From contig NC_083228.1 in assembly GCF_032191835.1 (NCBI RefSeq), positions 82,708,001 through 82,772,000 of the forward strand: a DNA stretch of 64,000 bases, in the 5' to 3' direction. Position numbers and translations under genes: made by a program. The first letter of the stretch is position 1, and every line of letters begins with the position of its first letter. This document shows positions 48,783 through 58,399 of this stretch, in pieces. The notes under the pieces were generated by a model. It ran no database searches. It was not told the origin of the DNA and worked only from the letters and a program-made list of their open reading frames with translations. The stretch comes from Heteronotia binoei (Eukaryota).

Positions 48783-51700
48783 TTTGAGGAATGCTGGAGA
48801 AATTCATTAGACTTTCAAATCTCTGTGTTCAGGAATGGGATGCAGGTTATTTTCAAACATGTTATTTTCTGTGAACTTTTTTGTGTATGTTTCTCAGGTC
48901 CACTCCTTCTCTTTAAGACACAGGGCAACAAAAAAGGCTGAGTAGGTTGACGTTAAATCCAACGAAGACAGAGGTCCTTTGCCTGGGTCGTGGCAGTCTG
49001 GAAAGGGAAATCCCCCTTCCAGGTTTTGACGGTGCACCATTGAAAGTGGCACACAAGGTCAAGAGCTTGGGGATTCTACTGGAGCCTTCCTTGTCAATGG
49101 AGGCCCAGATAGCAGCCACTGCCAAATCCGCTTTTTTTCATCTTAGGCGGGTGAGGCAGTTGGCCCCCGTCCTAGAGCGTCATGACTTGGCAACAGTGAT
49201 ACATGCAATGGTCACCTCGAGATTGGATTACTGTAGGGGGAACCACGCATGCGTCAAATCGGTTAAGACGCTCCCAGAACGTACTCCCGGAGAAATTTGT
49301 TATTAAGCCATCGAAGAAGAGAGATAAACTTCTGAAAACAGTTTGAAATATTTGTGAAAGGAAGCAAGACCTGGAGGGCATCAATCAGAGTGAGTCTTTG
49401 GAAGTGTGATTTCTTATCATCTCTTTACTTTCCGCTCCCTGGGAGGAGGCCAGAAAGCGAGAAGAGAACATGGCGACTAAAAAGGAGCTGAAGGATTTAA
49501 CACAGCTCATTGCTTCTTCAGAACAGAATGTAAGGGGCGATATTAAAGCTCTTAAAACAGACCTGAGACAGATGGCTATAGAAATTAAGAACATAAAAAA
49601 GGTGGCTGATAAGGCAGCCAAAAAAGCTCAAGTTAATGAAGACAAAATTAAAGAGCTAACGAGCAAATTAGCGTTTGTAAGCGATCGTCAAAGGAGAAGA
49701 AACATTCGCTTATCAGGCATCCCTGAAGAGATTACACAGAAAGACCTTGAATCAAAACTACTGGAATGGCTTGAGCGATATGATTTAAGGATACAAACGG
49801 AAGATATAGAAAGAGTACACAGATCTCTCCGCCCCAAGCCAAGCCTGGGAGCAAAGCCAAGGGATGTTATTATGGCTTTTGCAAGAGAGAAAATAAGGGA
49901 CAATATTTATAAATGTTTGAAACTTCAGAAGGATTTACAGTTTGATGATAATAAAGTTATAGTAAGACAGGACCTCTCTCCAGAGACACTCCAGCAAAGA
50001 GCAATACTAAGACCTTATACGCAAAGTCTTGTTGAAAATGGAATATTATTTTCATGGGGCTACCCGGCAGTGATTTTGGTTTTTAAAGAAGGCAAGCTGC
50101 TACGAGCTAAAAATCCAGAAGAGGCAAGAAAAATGTTGGAGAGATTGGGAATCAACATGAGGCCGTTAGAACCAGGAAATGTGGAGGAGCAAGAAGACGA
50201 GCAACAGGAACCTTGTGAGAACACTTCAAGTAGCAGTGAAGAAGAAGGAGAGTCGAGTCAGACACTGCAAAGCAAGCCAAAGCGTTTGAGAAAAGACACT
50301 GGGGGCTCTTAGTAATGAGAGTCTCCAAGGAAATTTAATATTGCTTTCAATTTACTTTAAAAAAATCTTTTTTTTTTTTTTTGGAATAAGATGGCTTATA
50401 GAGAAATATTGAAATGAGTTATATTAATTAGATAGGGAGGAAGGGAAAGGAACGTGGACCCCAACTTAGCAACGAAGAGGTCAGGAGGTTATGCCACCTG
50501 TACACCCTTTGAGGGTTCTTCTTCGGGGAGGGGGAAGGGGAAAGGTAGTGACCATCAAAGTAAGAGAGGATAGAAATGAGCACATATGTATGAAATTTAC
50601 AAAGGAAAATGGTTGAGACAATTAAAATATTATCTTTAAATATAAATGGGTTGGCTTCAGATTTAAAAAGGTATAGATTGAAAAATATGCTAAAAAAACA
50701 GGGAATAGATATAGTGTGTCTCCAGGAGACCCATAAAGGTAAAAAAGATAAAAAACCCCTACTAAACTCTACACTATGGGAAACAAGGGTGGAAGCAAGA
50801 GGAACTAGGAAGGCAAGAGGGGTAGCGATACTTACACATTCTAGCTTGAAGTTAGAAGTACTGGATCAAATATCTGATTTAGAGGGAAGATATGTTTTTT
50901 TGAAATTTAAGTTGAATAGTAGGAAGTTTACAATAGCATCTATCTATGCCCCAAATATGGGTCAGGTAAGCTTCTTAAATAAGGTATTCCAGAAATTGCA
51001 GAACTTATATGAAGGGGATGTGGTAGTGGCAGGGGATATGAATTATGATTTTAAGAAAAGTAAAACCTTGAAATTTAAGAAATGGAAATTGAAAGATGTG
51101 TTCACATATGAAGGGAACAATTCTCAACCTACATATTTCTCTAATAGATTTAAGACTTTTTCATATATAGATTATATTTTAGTAAAGGAATCAAATGAGT
51201 TAGAGGTGATGAAGGCAGTAACTGAGCCATTATGGATTTCGGACCACGCTCCTTTAAGGGTGCAATTTAGAATAAGTGAAGAGAGAAAAGAGTTTACTTG
51301 GAAATATAAGGCATATCTGCCCTTGACAGGAAAAGATCGGATGGACTTAAGAAGGGATATAGAATGCTATTTTAGAGAAAATAGGAATTCAGCCACAGAA
51401 GGAGTAGTTTGGGATGCGGCTAAGGCAGTTATAAGAGGAGCTTATATAGCTAAGGAAATTAGAATTAGAAAGGAAAATAATAAGGAAAGAAGTAGGATAG
51501 TAAATGAGATTAAACGAATACAGAAAGACCTACAGGGGAATTATAATAGGCAGTCATATGAATTATTCAAAAAACTTAAAAAAGATTTAGAGAACTTGGA
51601 TTCATTATCTATGTGGAAAAAGGATATATTAGTTAAGAATGAGTACCATAGAATTAATATAAATACAATGAGAAGAATGGCGAATTATTTAAAGATGAAA

Positions 51701-54700
51701 AAGGAAAAACAAAAAATTGGATGTATTAAGGGAAATGGGGATAAACAATTTTTTAAAAATGCTCGGATAAGAGAGGAATTTGCTACATTTTATCAACAAC
51801 TATTCAATTTGGGAGAAAACCAAAGATTCGAGGAACAGCTAGATAATAAATTAACGATAGAACAGAGAGAGAGCCTGAATAAAGAAATTACCCGGCAGGA
51901 AATAATAGAGGTATTAAAAAGGTTAAAAAACAGGAAATCCCCTGGTTTGGATGGTTTTACGGCAGAATATTATAAAGAAATGGCAGAGTTAATAATACCA
52001 GAAATGCAAAGTTTATTTAATTATATTTTAAAAGGGGGGAAAATACCAGATTCATGGAAAAAAGCTGAAATTTTACCAATTTTGAAGCCTCAGAAGGATC
52101 CCCTAGAAATAAATTCATATAGGCCAATTAGCCTGATGAATCAAGACTATAAAATATTTACAAAAATTCTAGCTAATAGACTAGAAAAATATTTACCAAA
52201 CTTGATTAAGGAAGATCAATATGGTTTTGTTAGAGGTAGATTTATTGCAGATCCATTGAGAAATATATTGAATGTTTTGTTCTGTAAGGATAAGAAAACT
52301 TTGGCCTTGTTAAAATTAGATGTGTATAAGGCGTTTGATACGGTAAATCACAATTATTTAATGCAGGTATTGGAAAACTTTGGTTTTGATGGGCCCTTTT
52401 TAAATGTTGTAAGGGAAATCTATAGGGGGGGTAAAGCAGTAATTAGAATAAATGATGGGCACTCTAGAGAAATTTCGATACAGAGAGGAGTAAAGCAAGG
52501 TTGCCCTTTATCTCCTTTGTTATTTGCATTAGCAATTGAACCCCTAGCAGATAGGATACGAAATAGTGGTAGAATTCAGGGATTTCAAATAGGTAAGGAA
52601 GAATTGAAATTAAACCTTTTTGCGGATGATATTTTGTTGACAATAAGTAATCCACTGCAGGCAATACGAGAATTGTTAGTTATTTTAGAAGATTTTAAGT
52701 TATGTTCGGGACTTGGAATAAACATTAAGAAATCAGAAATAATGTTTATTAATGTAGGTGGGGAAACCAAGAAGGCAATATTAGCCTTAACGGGGATGAA
52801 ATCAGGAGTTAGCAAAATTAAATATTTAGGAGTTTATCTTAATAAAAATATAGAGAGGCTACAAAAAATGAATTATAATAAGGTGTGGTTAAAGATTTTA
52901 AAGAAATTGAAGGAATGGAAGAACAAAAATTTGAGTATCCTAGGGAAAATTAGAGCAATAAAAATGTTTATACTCCCAAAGCTGCTATACTTATTTCAAG
53001 TACTTCCTATAAGATTAGATCAGGAAACGATAAGGAAATGGGATGAACATATTAAAAATTGGGTCTTTGGTCGGAAAAAAGCAAGAATACAAAAAAAGTT
53101 GATATATATGCCCCAAGATGAATTAGGATGGGGAGTTCCATATTTACAAGCTTATTATGATGCAGTTCAGTTGAAAGCACTGATGGAGTTAGAATGGAGG
53201 AAAGGGGATAAATGGGTAAGACTTGAATCTGCAGTCAATAAGGGAGCAGGTAGTAGTGGAATTTACACGAGAGAGATAGAAAAGGTAATGATACAAACCG
53301 AAGGTCCAAGAAAAATAGCTTTAATTGTGTGGAAGAGGTGGAAAAAGATCTTAATGCCTTTAACCTCGAAATGGACCCCACTTAAGGATATCTGGGAAAA
53401 AGAGATGAACCCAAAATTCTATGAAGAGCTGCAAAGGGAAGACATAATAAGAGTCAAGGATTTGTACAATAGCCAAGGGGCCTTATTACCACTTCAGGAG
53501 TTGAACTGTAAGATAGGGAAACAATATTGGTTAAATCTAATGGGATTATATCAAACAATCCGACAAGAAAAGTATAAAGATGCTATTAAAAGAGATGATA
53601 ATTTTATAGAAAAGGCACTATATGTGGATGAAAGGAAGAAAGGACTGTCAGGGATTATTTACCTTGAATTGGTAAAAGATAAGGAGTTCATGTATAGAAC
53701 CTTAAAGAACAAATGGAATAAAGAAAAACAAATAACTGATGAGGAGGTGAATAAGTTAATGATGAATTTGAAGAAAATTAAGATAGAGAAATATAGAGAA
53801 CTTGAAAGGAAGATAATCTTGAAATGGTATAGGACGCCGGCTCAATTGGCATATATGATTAAAGGGATGAAACCAAATTGTTGGCACTGTAATGCAAAAG
53901 AAGGGTGGTACTCCCACTTATGGTGGGAGTGCCCCAAGGTTATAGAGTTTTGGGGGAAAATTCGGGGAAAAATAGTGGGGGCATGTAAGTTTAATATTGA
54001 TATAGATGGGGAGTTGTTATTTATGGGGGTACTGGAAAACAATAACATTGAGAAACAAAACCAGAGCATTTTCAAAGCAATGATATTAGCAGCACATGCA
54101 GTGATAGCATATGGTTGGAAGGAGAGTTCAAAATGGACCCTGGAAAGATGGAACAATTATTTGTATGAATATATACAATCAGACATATTAGAATGTTTAA
54201 AACAAGATAAGATATGGGATAGAAAAATTGAAGAGATAAAAGAGAAATGGGATATATACTTCTCATGGGTATTTAAGGGGGAAGCCAACAAAGCTATATT
54301 TGAAAAATTGGGAAAAGTGTGCTCATGGTTAAAAATTTAATTGTAACTTTAGTATGGTCACTTGGTGGGGGGGAGGGATATAAATAGGGGTAAAAATGGT
54401 GTCATAAGAGAATTGGAAATGTATTCTATGTAATGTAATATTTGAGACACAATAAAATAAAAAAAAAAAAGGTAAAAAAAAAAAAAAGAGATTGGATTAC
54501 TGTAATGCCCTCTACATGGGGCTGCCCTTGTGCCGAACCTGGAAGTTGCAGCTGGTGCAGAATGCAGCAGCTAGGCTGTTACTAGCGCTCCCGAAGTGGG
54601 AACACATGCAGCCGGGGCTGCGCAAGCTGCACTTGCTGCCAGTTGTATACCAGATTCGTTACAAAGTGCTGATCATTACCTTTAAAGCCCTATATGGCTG

Positions 54701-55159
54701 AGGACCTGCCTACCTTAGGGACTGTCTCTCCCCATATGTGCCCCAGAGAGTACTGAGATCAGGTGCACAAAATTGGTTGACAATTCCTGGCCGAAGGAGG
54801 CCAAATTGAAGAGTACGTGAGAAAGGGCCTTTTTGATCGCAGCTCCACACTGGTGGAACCAACTACCGGATGAAGTGCGGGCCCTGCGGAGTCTTGATCA
54901 ATTCCATAGGGCCTACAAGACTACCCTTTTCCAAATGGCTTTCACTTAATGTGGATTTTAGTCTACTATATCCGGCCATCATAAACTACTGAGGAGAACA
55001 TCTAGACTATAGCACTATATATAATTTTGATAGTTTTAATTAGCAAATTACATATATATCGTACAGAGATAATGTTTTTATATTGTAATTTGTAATTCTT
55101 ATATGTTGTGAGCTGCCCTGAGTCTGCTTCGGCGGGAAGGGCGGGATATAAATAAAAGA

Positions 55160-55195
<36 letters not shown>

Positions 55196-55369
55196 ATCTG
55201 GCTTTCATTTTTTTTGTTTTCCAGGCCATCCTCAATCCTGCTTAGCTGTGGAATTCCTTACAATGTGGCACAGAATGCCCTGCGCCTCAGTGTGGGGCGT
55301 GATACCAGCAAAGAAGATGTGGATCTCATTGTGGAAGATTTGAAGCAGGCTGTGGCTCAGCTGCAATAG
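24746..55369 (+). CDS. SCLY: Selenocysteine lyase, complete; coding exons 24746-24843, 25360-25472, 26507-26607, 30418-30598, 31531-31658, 32298-32462, 34615-34721, 35343-35379, 36415-36498, 38730-38832, 44314-44389, 55225-55369 (1338 nt, 445 aa)
   Basis: PLP-dependent NifS-like motifs [28 protein letters not shown] (PLP lysine), GTENTP and catalytic SVGAACHS. All introns are GT-AG and in frame to a TAG at 55367-55369. ESPNL downstream matches the human SCLY-ESPNL order. Confidence 0.96.
25360..25472 (+). CDS. SCLY: SCLY coding exon 2
   Basis: [38 protein letters not shown]; 113 nt. Confidence 0.96.
26507..26607 (+). CDS. SCLY: SCLY coding exon 3
   Basis: [33 protein letters not shown]; 101 nt. 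Confidence 0.96.
26636..28474 (-). mobile_element. 5'-truncated, decayed Penelope-like retroelement (RT + GIY-YIG)
   Basis: RT motif [12 protein letters not shown] (~28441-28478), disrupted RYIDD, FLD...LYTKPTD...HP; GIY-YIG region CRNCSIC...[15 protein letters not shown]...RFLEH; 3' noncoding part with a hammerhead-like fold. Confidence 0.9.
26969..27024 (-). ncRNA. Degenerate type-I hammerhead ribozyme motif in the Penelope 3' region
   Basis: GCGGC-CAGTGGA-aggtgaat-GAAA-CACAG...CTGTG-TA-GCCGC: helices I and III pair, but the core has 2 mismatches to CUGANGA. Confidence 0.45.
28475..28940 (+). mobile_element. Gecko MITE-like repeat (ggttgcca...accct family)
   Basis: Starts atggttgccaatctccaggtgggggcagggg and ends ...gagaacccta; internal blocks resemble the repeat at ~45920-46060 in opposite orientation. 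Confidence 0.55.
30418..30598 (+). CDS. SCLY: SCLY coding exon 4
   Basis: ANNLVIH...[26 protein letters not shown]; 181 nt. Confidence 0.95.
31531..31658 (+). CDS. SCLY: SCLY coding exon 5
   Basis: [42 protein letters not shown]; 128 nt. Confidence 0.96.
32298..32462 (+). CDS. SCLY: SCLY coding exon 6
   Basis: PISELSKQ...[29 protein letters not shown]; 165 nt. Confidence 0.96.
34118..34133 (+). promoter_or_regulatory. Candidate CTCF site
   Basis: CCACTAGATGGTGCTG is close to the CTCF core consensus CCACYAGRKGGCRS; motif match only. Confidence 0.35.
34615..34721 (+). CDS. SCLY: SCLY coding exon 7
   Basis: [35 protein letters not shown]; 107 nt. Confidence 0.96.
34755..35279 (-). mobile_element. 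Internal L1/Tx1 ORF2 fragment flanked by a 37-bp direct repeat
   Basis: Minus [33 protein letters not shown] resembles the post-RT FIW..KK.R....L.....EGG...P motif; identical 37-mer at 34718-34754 and 35280-35316. Confidence 0.65.
35343..35379 (+). CDS. SCLY: SCLY coding exon 8
   Basis: [13 protein letters not shown]; 37 nt. Confidence 0.95.
36029..36241 (-). mobile_element. tRNA-derived SINE (Squam2-like), fairly young
   Basis: Reverse strand begins gggaggaacggtggctcagtggtagatcatctgcttgggaagcagaaggtcccaggttcaatccctggc and ends gcagcttcatatgttcatat. Confidence 0.85.
36415..36498 (+). CDS. SCLY: SCLY coding exon 9
   Basis: [28 protein letters not shown]; 84 nt. Confidence 0.95.
37350..38230 (-). 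mobile_element. Decayed L1 ORF2 C-terminal fragment (approximate bounds)
   Basis: Reverse-strand remnants resembling the zinc-knuckle region (...DLVH...FWT); many stops. Confidence 0.35.
38730..38832 (+). CDS. SCLY: SCLY coding exon 10
   Basis: [34 protein letters not shown]; 103 nt. Confidence 0.92.
39120..43449 (+). mobile_element. Near-full-length CR1 LINE, ORFs broken
   Basis: ORF1 with Cys-rich start (~39500) and SGNH esterase motifs VVGDS...HVGTND (39783-40244). ORF2 fragments: APE (GVCYRPP, VIGDF), RT (KSPGPD, QGSVLGP, FADD). 3' tail cttatgttcttacgttct. Multiple stops and frameshifts. Confidence 0.93.
44314..44389 (+). CDS. SCLY: SCLY coding exon 11 (catalytic Cys)
   Basis: [25 protein letters not shown]; 76 nt. 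Confidence 0.95.
44699..44892. mobile_element. hAT MITE (194 bp)
   Basis: Perfect 16-bp TIRs cagtgttccctctaag / cttagagggaacactg; 8-bp TSD ctcctacc / ttcctacc. Confidence 0.88.
45442..45820. repeat. Degenerate ~125-130-bp tandem repeat x3 inside a repeat element
   Basis: Units begin cttgcaa at 45442, 45571, 45704 and share gcttggattt, cagtc, gacactg..ttc.gctgggca. Confidence 0.7.
47099..48528. repeat. ~125-bp inverted repeat pair (47099-47229 / 48409-48528)
   Basis: 72-bp core with 1 mismatch (gttcctaagcgg...cattcttatcta versus its reverse complement), extended past a ~10-bp indel. Confidence 0.9.
48752..48780. repeat. (AAT)n microsatellite, tail of an L2-like 3' end
   Basis: Directly visible. 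Confidence 0.9.
48900..49235 (+). mobile_element. L2 LINE, 5' half (interrupted by L1)
   Basis: [11 protein letters not shown]...VKSLGILL...[11 protein letters not shown]...[12 protein letters not shown] is L2 RT C-terminal region; continues at 54488. Confidence 0.88.
49470..50312 (+). CDS. L1 ORF1p (280 aa; coiled coil, RRM, CTD)
   Basis: Coiled-coil N-terminus, [38 protein letters not shown]. Confidence 0.93.
   Translation: MATKKELKDLTQLIASSEQNVRGDIKALKTDLRQMAIEIKNIKKVADKAAKKAQVNEDKIKELTSKLAFVSDRQRRRNIRLSGIPEEITQKDLESKLLEWLERYDLRIQTEDIERVHRSLRPKPSLGAKPRDVIMAFAREKIRDNIYKCLKLQKDLQFDDNKVIVRQDLSPETLQQRAILRPYTQSLVENGILFSWGYPAVILVFKEGKLLRAKNPEEARKMLERLGINMRPLEPGNVEEQEDEQQEPCENTSSSSEEEGESSQTLQSKPKRLRKDTGGS
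50609..54340 (+). CDS. L1 ORF2p (1243 aa; APE endonuclease, RT, CCHC)
   Basis: SLNINGL, LQETH, IYAPN, GDMN, IDY, SDH; [28 protein letters not shown]; CWHC...HLWWEC. Confidence 0.97.
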   Translation: MVETIKILSLNINGLASDLKRYRLKNMLKKQGIDIVCLQETHKGKKDKKPLLNSTLWETRVEARGTRKARGVAILTHSSLKLEVLDQISDLEGRYVFLKFKLNSRKFTIASIYAPNMGQVSFLNKVFQKLQNLYEGDVVVAGDMNYDFKKSKTLKFKKWKLKDVFTYEGNNSQPTYFSNRFKTFSYIDYILVKESNELEVMKAVTEPLWISDHAPLRVQFRISEERKEFTWKYKAYLPLTGKDRMDLRRDIECYFRENRNSATEGVVWDAAKAVIRGAYIAKEIRIRKENNKERSRIVNEIKRIQKDLQGNYNRQSYELFKKLKKDLENLDSLSMWKKDILVKNEYHRININTMRRMANYLKMKKEKQKIGCIKGNGDKQFFKNARIREEFATFYQQLFNLGENQRFEEQLDNKLTIEQRESLNKEITRQEIIEVLKRLKNRKSPGLDGFTAEYYKEMAELIIPEMQSLFNYILKGGKIPDSWKKAEILPILKPQKDPLEINSYRPISLMNQDYKIFTKILANRLEKYLPNLIKEDQYGFVRGRFIADPLRNILNVLFCKDKKTLALLKLDVYKAFDTVNHNYLMQVLENFGFDGPFLNVVREIYRGGKAVIRINDGHSREISIQRGVKQGCPLSPLLFALAIEPLADRIRNSGRIQGFQIGKEELKLNLFADDILLTISNPLQAIRELLVILEDFKLCSGLGINIKKSEIMFINVGGETKKAILALTGMKSGVSKIKYLGVYLNKNIERLQKMNYNKVWLKILKKLKEWKNKNLSILGKIRAIKMFILPKLLYLFQVLPIRLDQETIRKWDEHIKNWVFGRKKARIQKKLIYMPQDELGWGVPYLQAYYDAVQLKALMELEWRKGDKWVRLESAVNKGAGSSGIYTREIEKVMIQTEGPRKIALIVWKRWKKILMPLTSKWTPLKDIWEKEMNPKFYEELQREDIIRVKDLYNSQGALLPLQELNCKIGKQYWLNLMGLYQTIRQEKYKDAIKRDDNFIEKALYVDERKKGLSGIIYLELVKDKEFMYRTLKNKWNKEKQITDEEVNKLMMNLKKIKIEKYRELERKIILKWYRTPAQLAYMIKGMKPNCWHCNAKEGWYSHLWWECPKVIEFWGKIRGKIVGACKFNIDIDGELLFMGVLENNNIEKQNQSIFKAMILAAHAVIAYGWKESSKWTLERWNNYLYEYIQSDILECLKQDKIWDRKIEEIKEKWDIYFSWVFKGEANKAIFEKLGKVCSWLKI
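54488..55195 (+). mobile_element. L2 LINE, 3' half with (TAT)n tail
   Basis: [13 protein letters not shown]...[13 protein letters not shown] resumes after the TSD; L2 3' end gagctgccctgag...gggcgggatataaataaa followed by (att)n. Confidence 0.9.
55225..55369 (+). CDS. SCLY: SCLY last coding exon
   Basis: [47 protein letters not shown]. Confidence 0.95.
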
Positions 55370-56970
55370 GTCAGATTCTCACTGAGCCAAACAACATGAG
55401 AGACTGGGAGTTTTGTCAGTGAATAAGTGATTGTTTTTCTTCTAAAAAGTAGCAGCATGCAGCCCCAGTTGGATCATGGCACCATAGGGAGAGGACACCA
55501 TAGTCTCAGTCCACATCAGGGCCCTGCGTGCCTGCTTTGTAGAAGGAGGAAAACCCATCTGAAAACTCACAGACTTCCCAACTTCTTATGTAGGTTGGCT
55601 CATGGTTACTCAGGGAGAGAAGGCTTTGCTCACTGGAATCAGTAAGTGAACTTACCCAGTGGGTGAGTTCACACACGCTAAATAATGCACTTTGCTACTG
55701 GATTTTTACTTTGTAAGAATATTAAAATCCATTTGCAGTCACCATGTGAAAGCACCCAGTCTCTGTTTCCCATTGCTGACATATGACAAAACTGAGGATA
55801 AACTACATTATTTTCTATCTCTTGGAATGGAAATTGTGCAGAATCACTACTAATGATTCCTGATCCTTTGAGCACAATGGACCATTCTGTGTAGAGATTA
55901 AAGCAGCACTTGCTTTGGAAATAGGTGTTTTCAAGAAGAGGGCCATTACAAAGAGGACATCCTGCCTATGTTGTGTCTAGCTGAGTGGATGGGTGAGACT
56001 CCAGTAGGATGCTCAGATCTGTACTTGAGCTTAGAATGACACAAGTTTAGATTATTGAGGTCTCAAGGTGGGTTCAGGGAAAGCATCTGAACATTCCAGT
56101 GCAAACTGTATGCACAGGTGAAACTTTAAACATGCTGCTCTCTTAATGCTAGCTTTCTAGATTGCCACTTGCCTGGAAAGATAATCAGTTGTCCTCTGTG
56201 CTAGTCACTCAGGGGTCATACAAATTGCCTTTGGCACAGCAGCAGCAGACTTGCTTGTGTAGCTGCCATAGACTGCACTGTATTTAAAAAAGTAAAGGTA
56301 GTCCCCTGTGCAAGCAACAGTCGTTTCATGCATGCAGACCCCACAATCAATCCTGGAAAAAGTGACTTGTAAGGGGTCTGAGCAACTGCTGCTGCATGTT
56401 CTGGTTTACCAAGAAGTAGGAAACTCTTTACTGTTGTCACTTCCACAATGAGAGAAGCTTTTGTCATGAAAAGTTCTTGTTGCTTGCTGTAAATGGAGGC
56501 AGACTGCAATGCTAGGAGAGACAACAGCAAGAGATCGAAAACAGCCATCACTTCTCATCAACAAGGAGAAGAAGATGCCAAATTGCACCAAGCTAGCTTA
56601 CATCCAGATCAGGCATGTGGCAATTATCTGACTACTGACTCCTTCCTAGTCATAAGAGAAGTCTGTCATGGTTTATCCTCACAACATTTTGTGTGTTCAG
56701 CTACCATAGTTTGACTGCTAAACCCAGAGCTGGGTCTTGAAAAACGCATGGGATGCTGTACCTAATGTTGGCTCCCTCCCCAAAAATCTGTTATTGGCCC
56801 TTTAACACTAGAAAAGAAAGCAAGATAATGAAGGAAGTTTTATTTTCTAGCATGGAAAAAGGCAATAGAAAAGAGATGGAGAAGACAGGAATGGAGCAGG
56901 GGAAAAGAGTTCAGGTTTATATCAAGTATTTGAAACACTGTAGCCCTGATAGGTATTTAAATTGATCATT

Positions 56971-57016
56971 TTATTATTATTATTATTATTATTATTGTTG
57001 TTGTTGTTGTTGTTGT
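56971..57016. repeat. Compound (TAT)n(TGT)n microsatellite
   Basis: Directly visible. Confidence 0.9.
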
Positions 57017-58159
57017 ATGAAGGTGCAAAGGATAAGTGTGTGTGTGTAGTTAAAATACTGGATGCTTTGTGTAGACAGTGTCAACTATGTAAGTGTGAAA
57101 TCTGTGTGCACATTTGGACTCAGAAAGAGATATGTACAGATGCCATATTTCAGTATACAGGAGGAAGTTTTCCATTCCTAGAGCATCATTACATTTCCTA
57201 AATTTTGTGCATTGGAAGCTAGTAGCACTAATCCCACAGGAAGAAGATAGTTCTTTACATAAACCAGGAAAACAGGAATTGTTGGCTTTTGGTGGGGACA
57301 GGCTGTCTTCATATATATAAAATATATAAAAATTCTTAGGAATTCAGTGAATTTCTGAAATATAGGAATTTTGCAAGGACCTGTTTGCCAGTGATTGGTG
57401 CTAGATGTAGCTAAGGATTTGTAGGTATAAACATTTGCAGGAATAAACATCTAATTGCTTGGTTTCTTTCCTGGCACTTGGACATTATCAGCAATCATTG
57501 CTGTCTGGTTTGTGTCCTTGAAAAAAAGACTCATCAGGCATAGGAAAACCTCTGATCTACTGTTGGTGGAGAAAGACTGTTTTGAAGAAGTGACTTCTGG
57601 AGATTGGGGAAAGTGAGAACTCCTGCATCATTCTGAAATATGTTAGTTTAAATTAATTTTTCTTGAAATCTTACGAGTTTCATGACAATGGTAAAAGGAA
57701 TTTGAACAAAATGTTGTTAGTAAGGCTTTGAGAAAACTGACATGTATTTCAGCTTCTTTCACTATACCAGTTGATGTTGTTTATAAGATGAAATAAAGAG
57801 ATCAGAATTGGTTTCCTGATGCTGTTACTTCACTGAATGGAAATTATTCACTACAAGCCACTTGCTAACCTTTCAGAAAGATAACATTGCTAATTTCAGC
57901 TTGTAGCTTGCCTTGTTAAAAGGGTCAAGGTTGGCAACATTCTAAAACAGATACAAATTAAAAATCTGAAACACATGAAAATCTGCTAAGTAAAACACAA
58001 ACAGTAGCAATGCCAACCCCAATTCCCTTGCTATGGTATTGGTTATTTGCAGAAATGTAGAGCTGAATGTTCAAAAGTAACATCTAACTTAAATATTTGT
58101 ACTCAATGTATGATCCCTAGTCTTTGCCAGTTTTCATATGTTATTAGTAAAGGGAATTA

Positions 58160-58350
58160 GCCCTGACCTGAATTAGCCCAATTGCATCCGCTCTCAGAAG
58201 TTAGAACTTGGACTGAAGACCACCAAGGAACTACAGGGTTGCCACAAAGAAGCAGGCAATGGCAAACCAACCCTTTCATCTCTTGCCAAGAAAACCCTGT
58301 AGAGTTGCTGTAAGCCAGCTGTGACTTGATGGCACTTTCCATCACTATTC
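58160..58350 (+). mobile_element. Decayed 5S-rRNA-derived SINE with a Sauria/RTE-like 3' part
   Basis: ctctcagaagttagaacttggactgaagaccaccaaggaa resembles a deleted 5S head; gcaggcaatggcaaacca as in the Sauria SINE. Confidence 0.4.
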
Positions 58351-58399
58351 CCTGTTCTCTCTAGTGTGGGTCCCTCAGAGGCAGATGAGGAGGTGACAG

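Larger units (their letters stand above)
49236..54487 (+). mobile_element. Full-length L1-clade LINE with both ORFs intact
   Basis: GGGGG start, 234-nt 5'UTR, ORF1, 296-nt spacer, ORF2, AATAAA 54451-54456, A-tail; perfect 17-bp TSD gagattggattactgta (49219-49235 / 54488-54504). Confidence 0.97.

Noticed and set aside
49385-49621. Antisense ORF as an L1 ORF0 analogue
   Set aside because: It overlaps ORF1 on the opposite strand, which is expected from codon bias; no independent evidence.
55370-57000. SECIS element in the SCLY 3'UTR
   Set aside because: The SCLY CDS has no in-frame TGA and SCLY is not a selenoprotein; no convincing AUGA/AA/GA hairpin seen.
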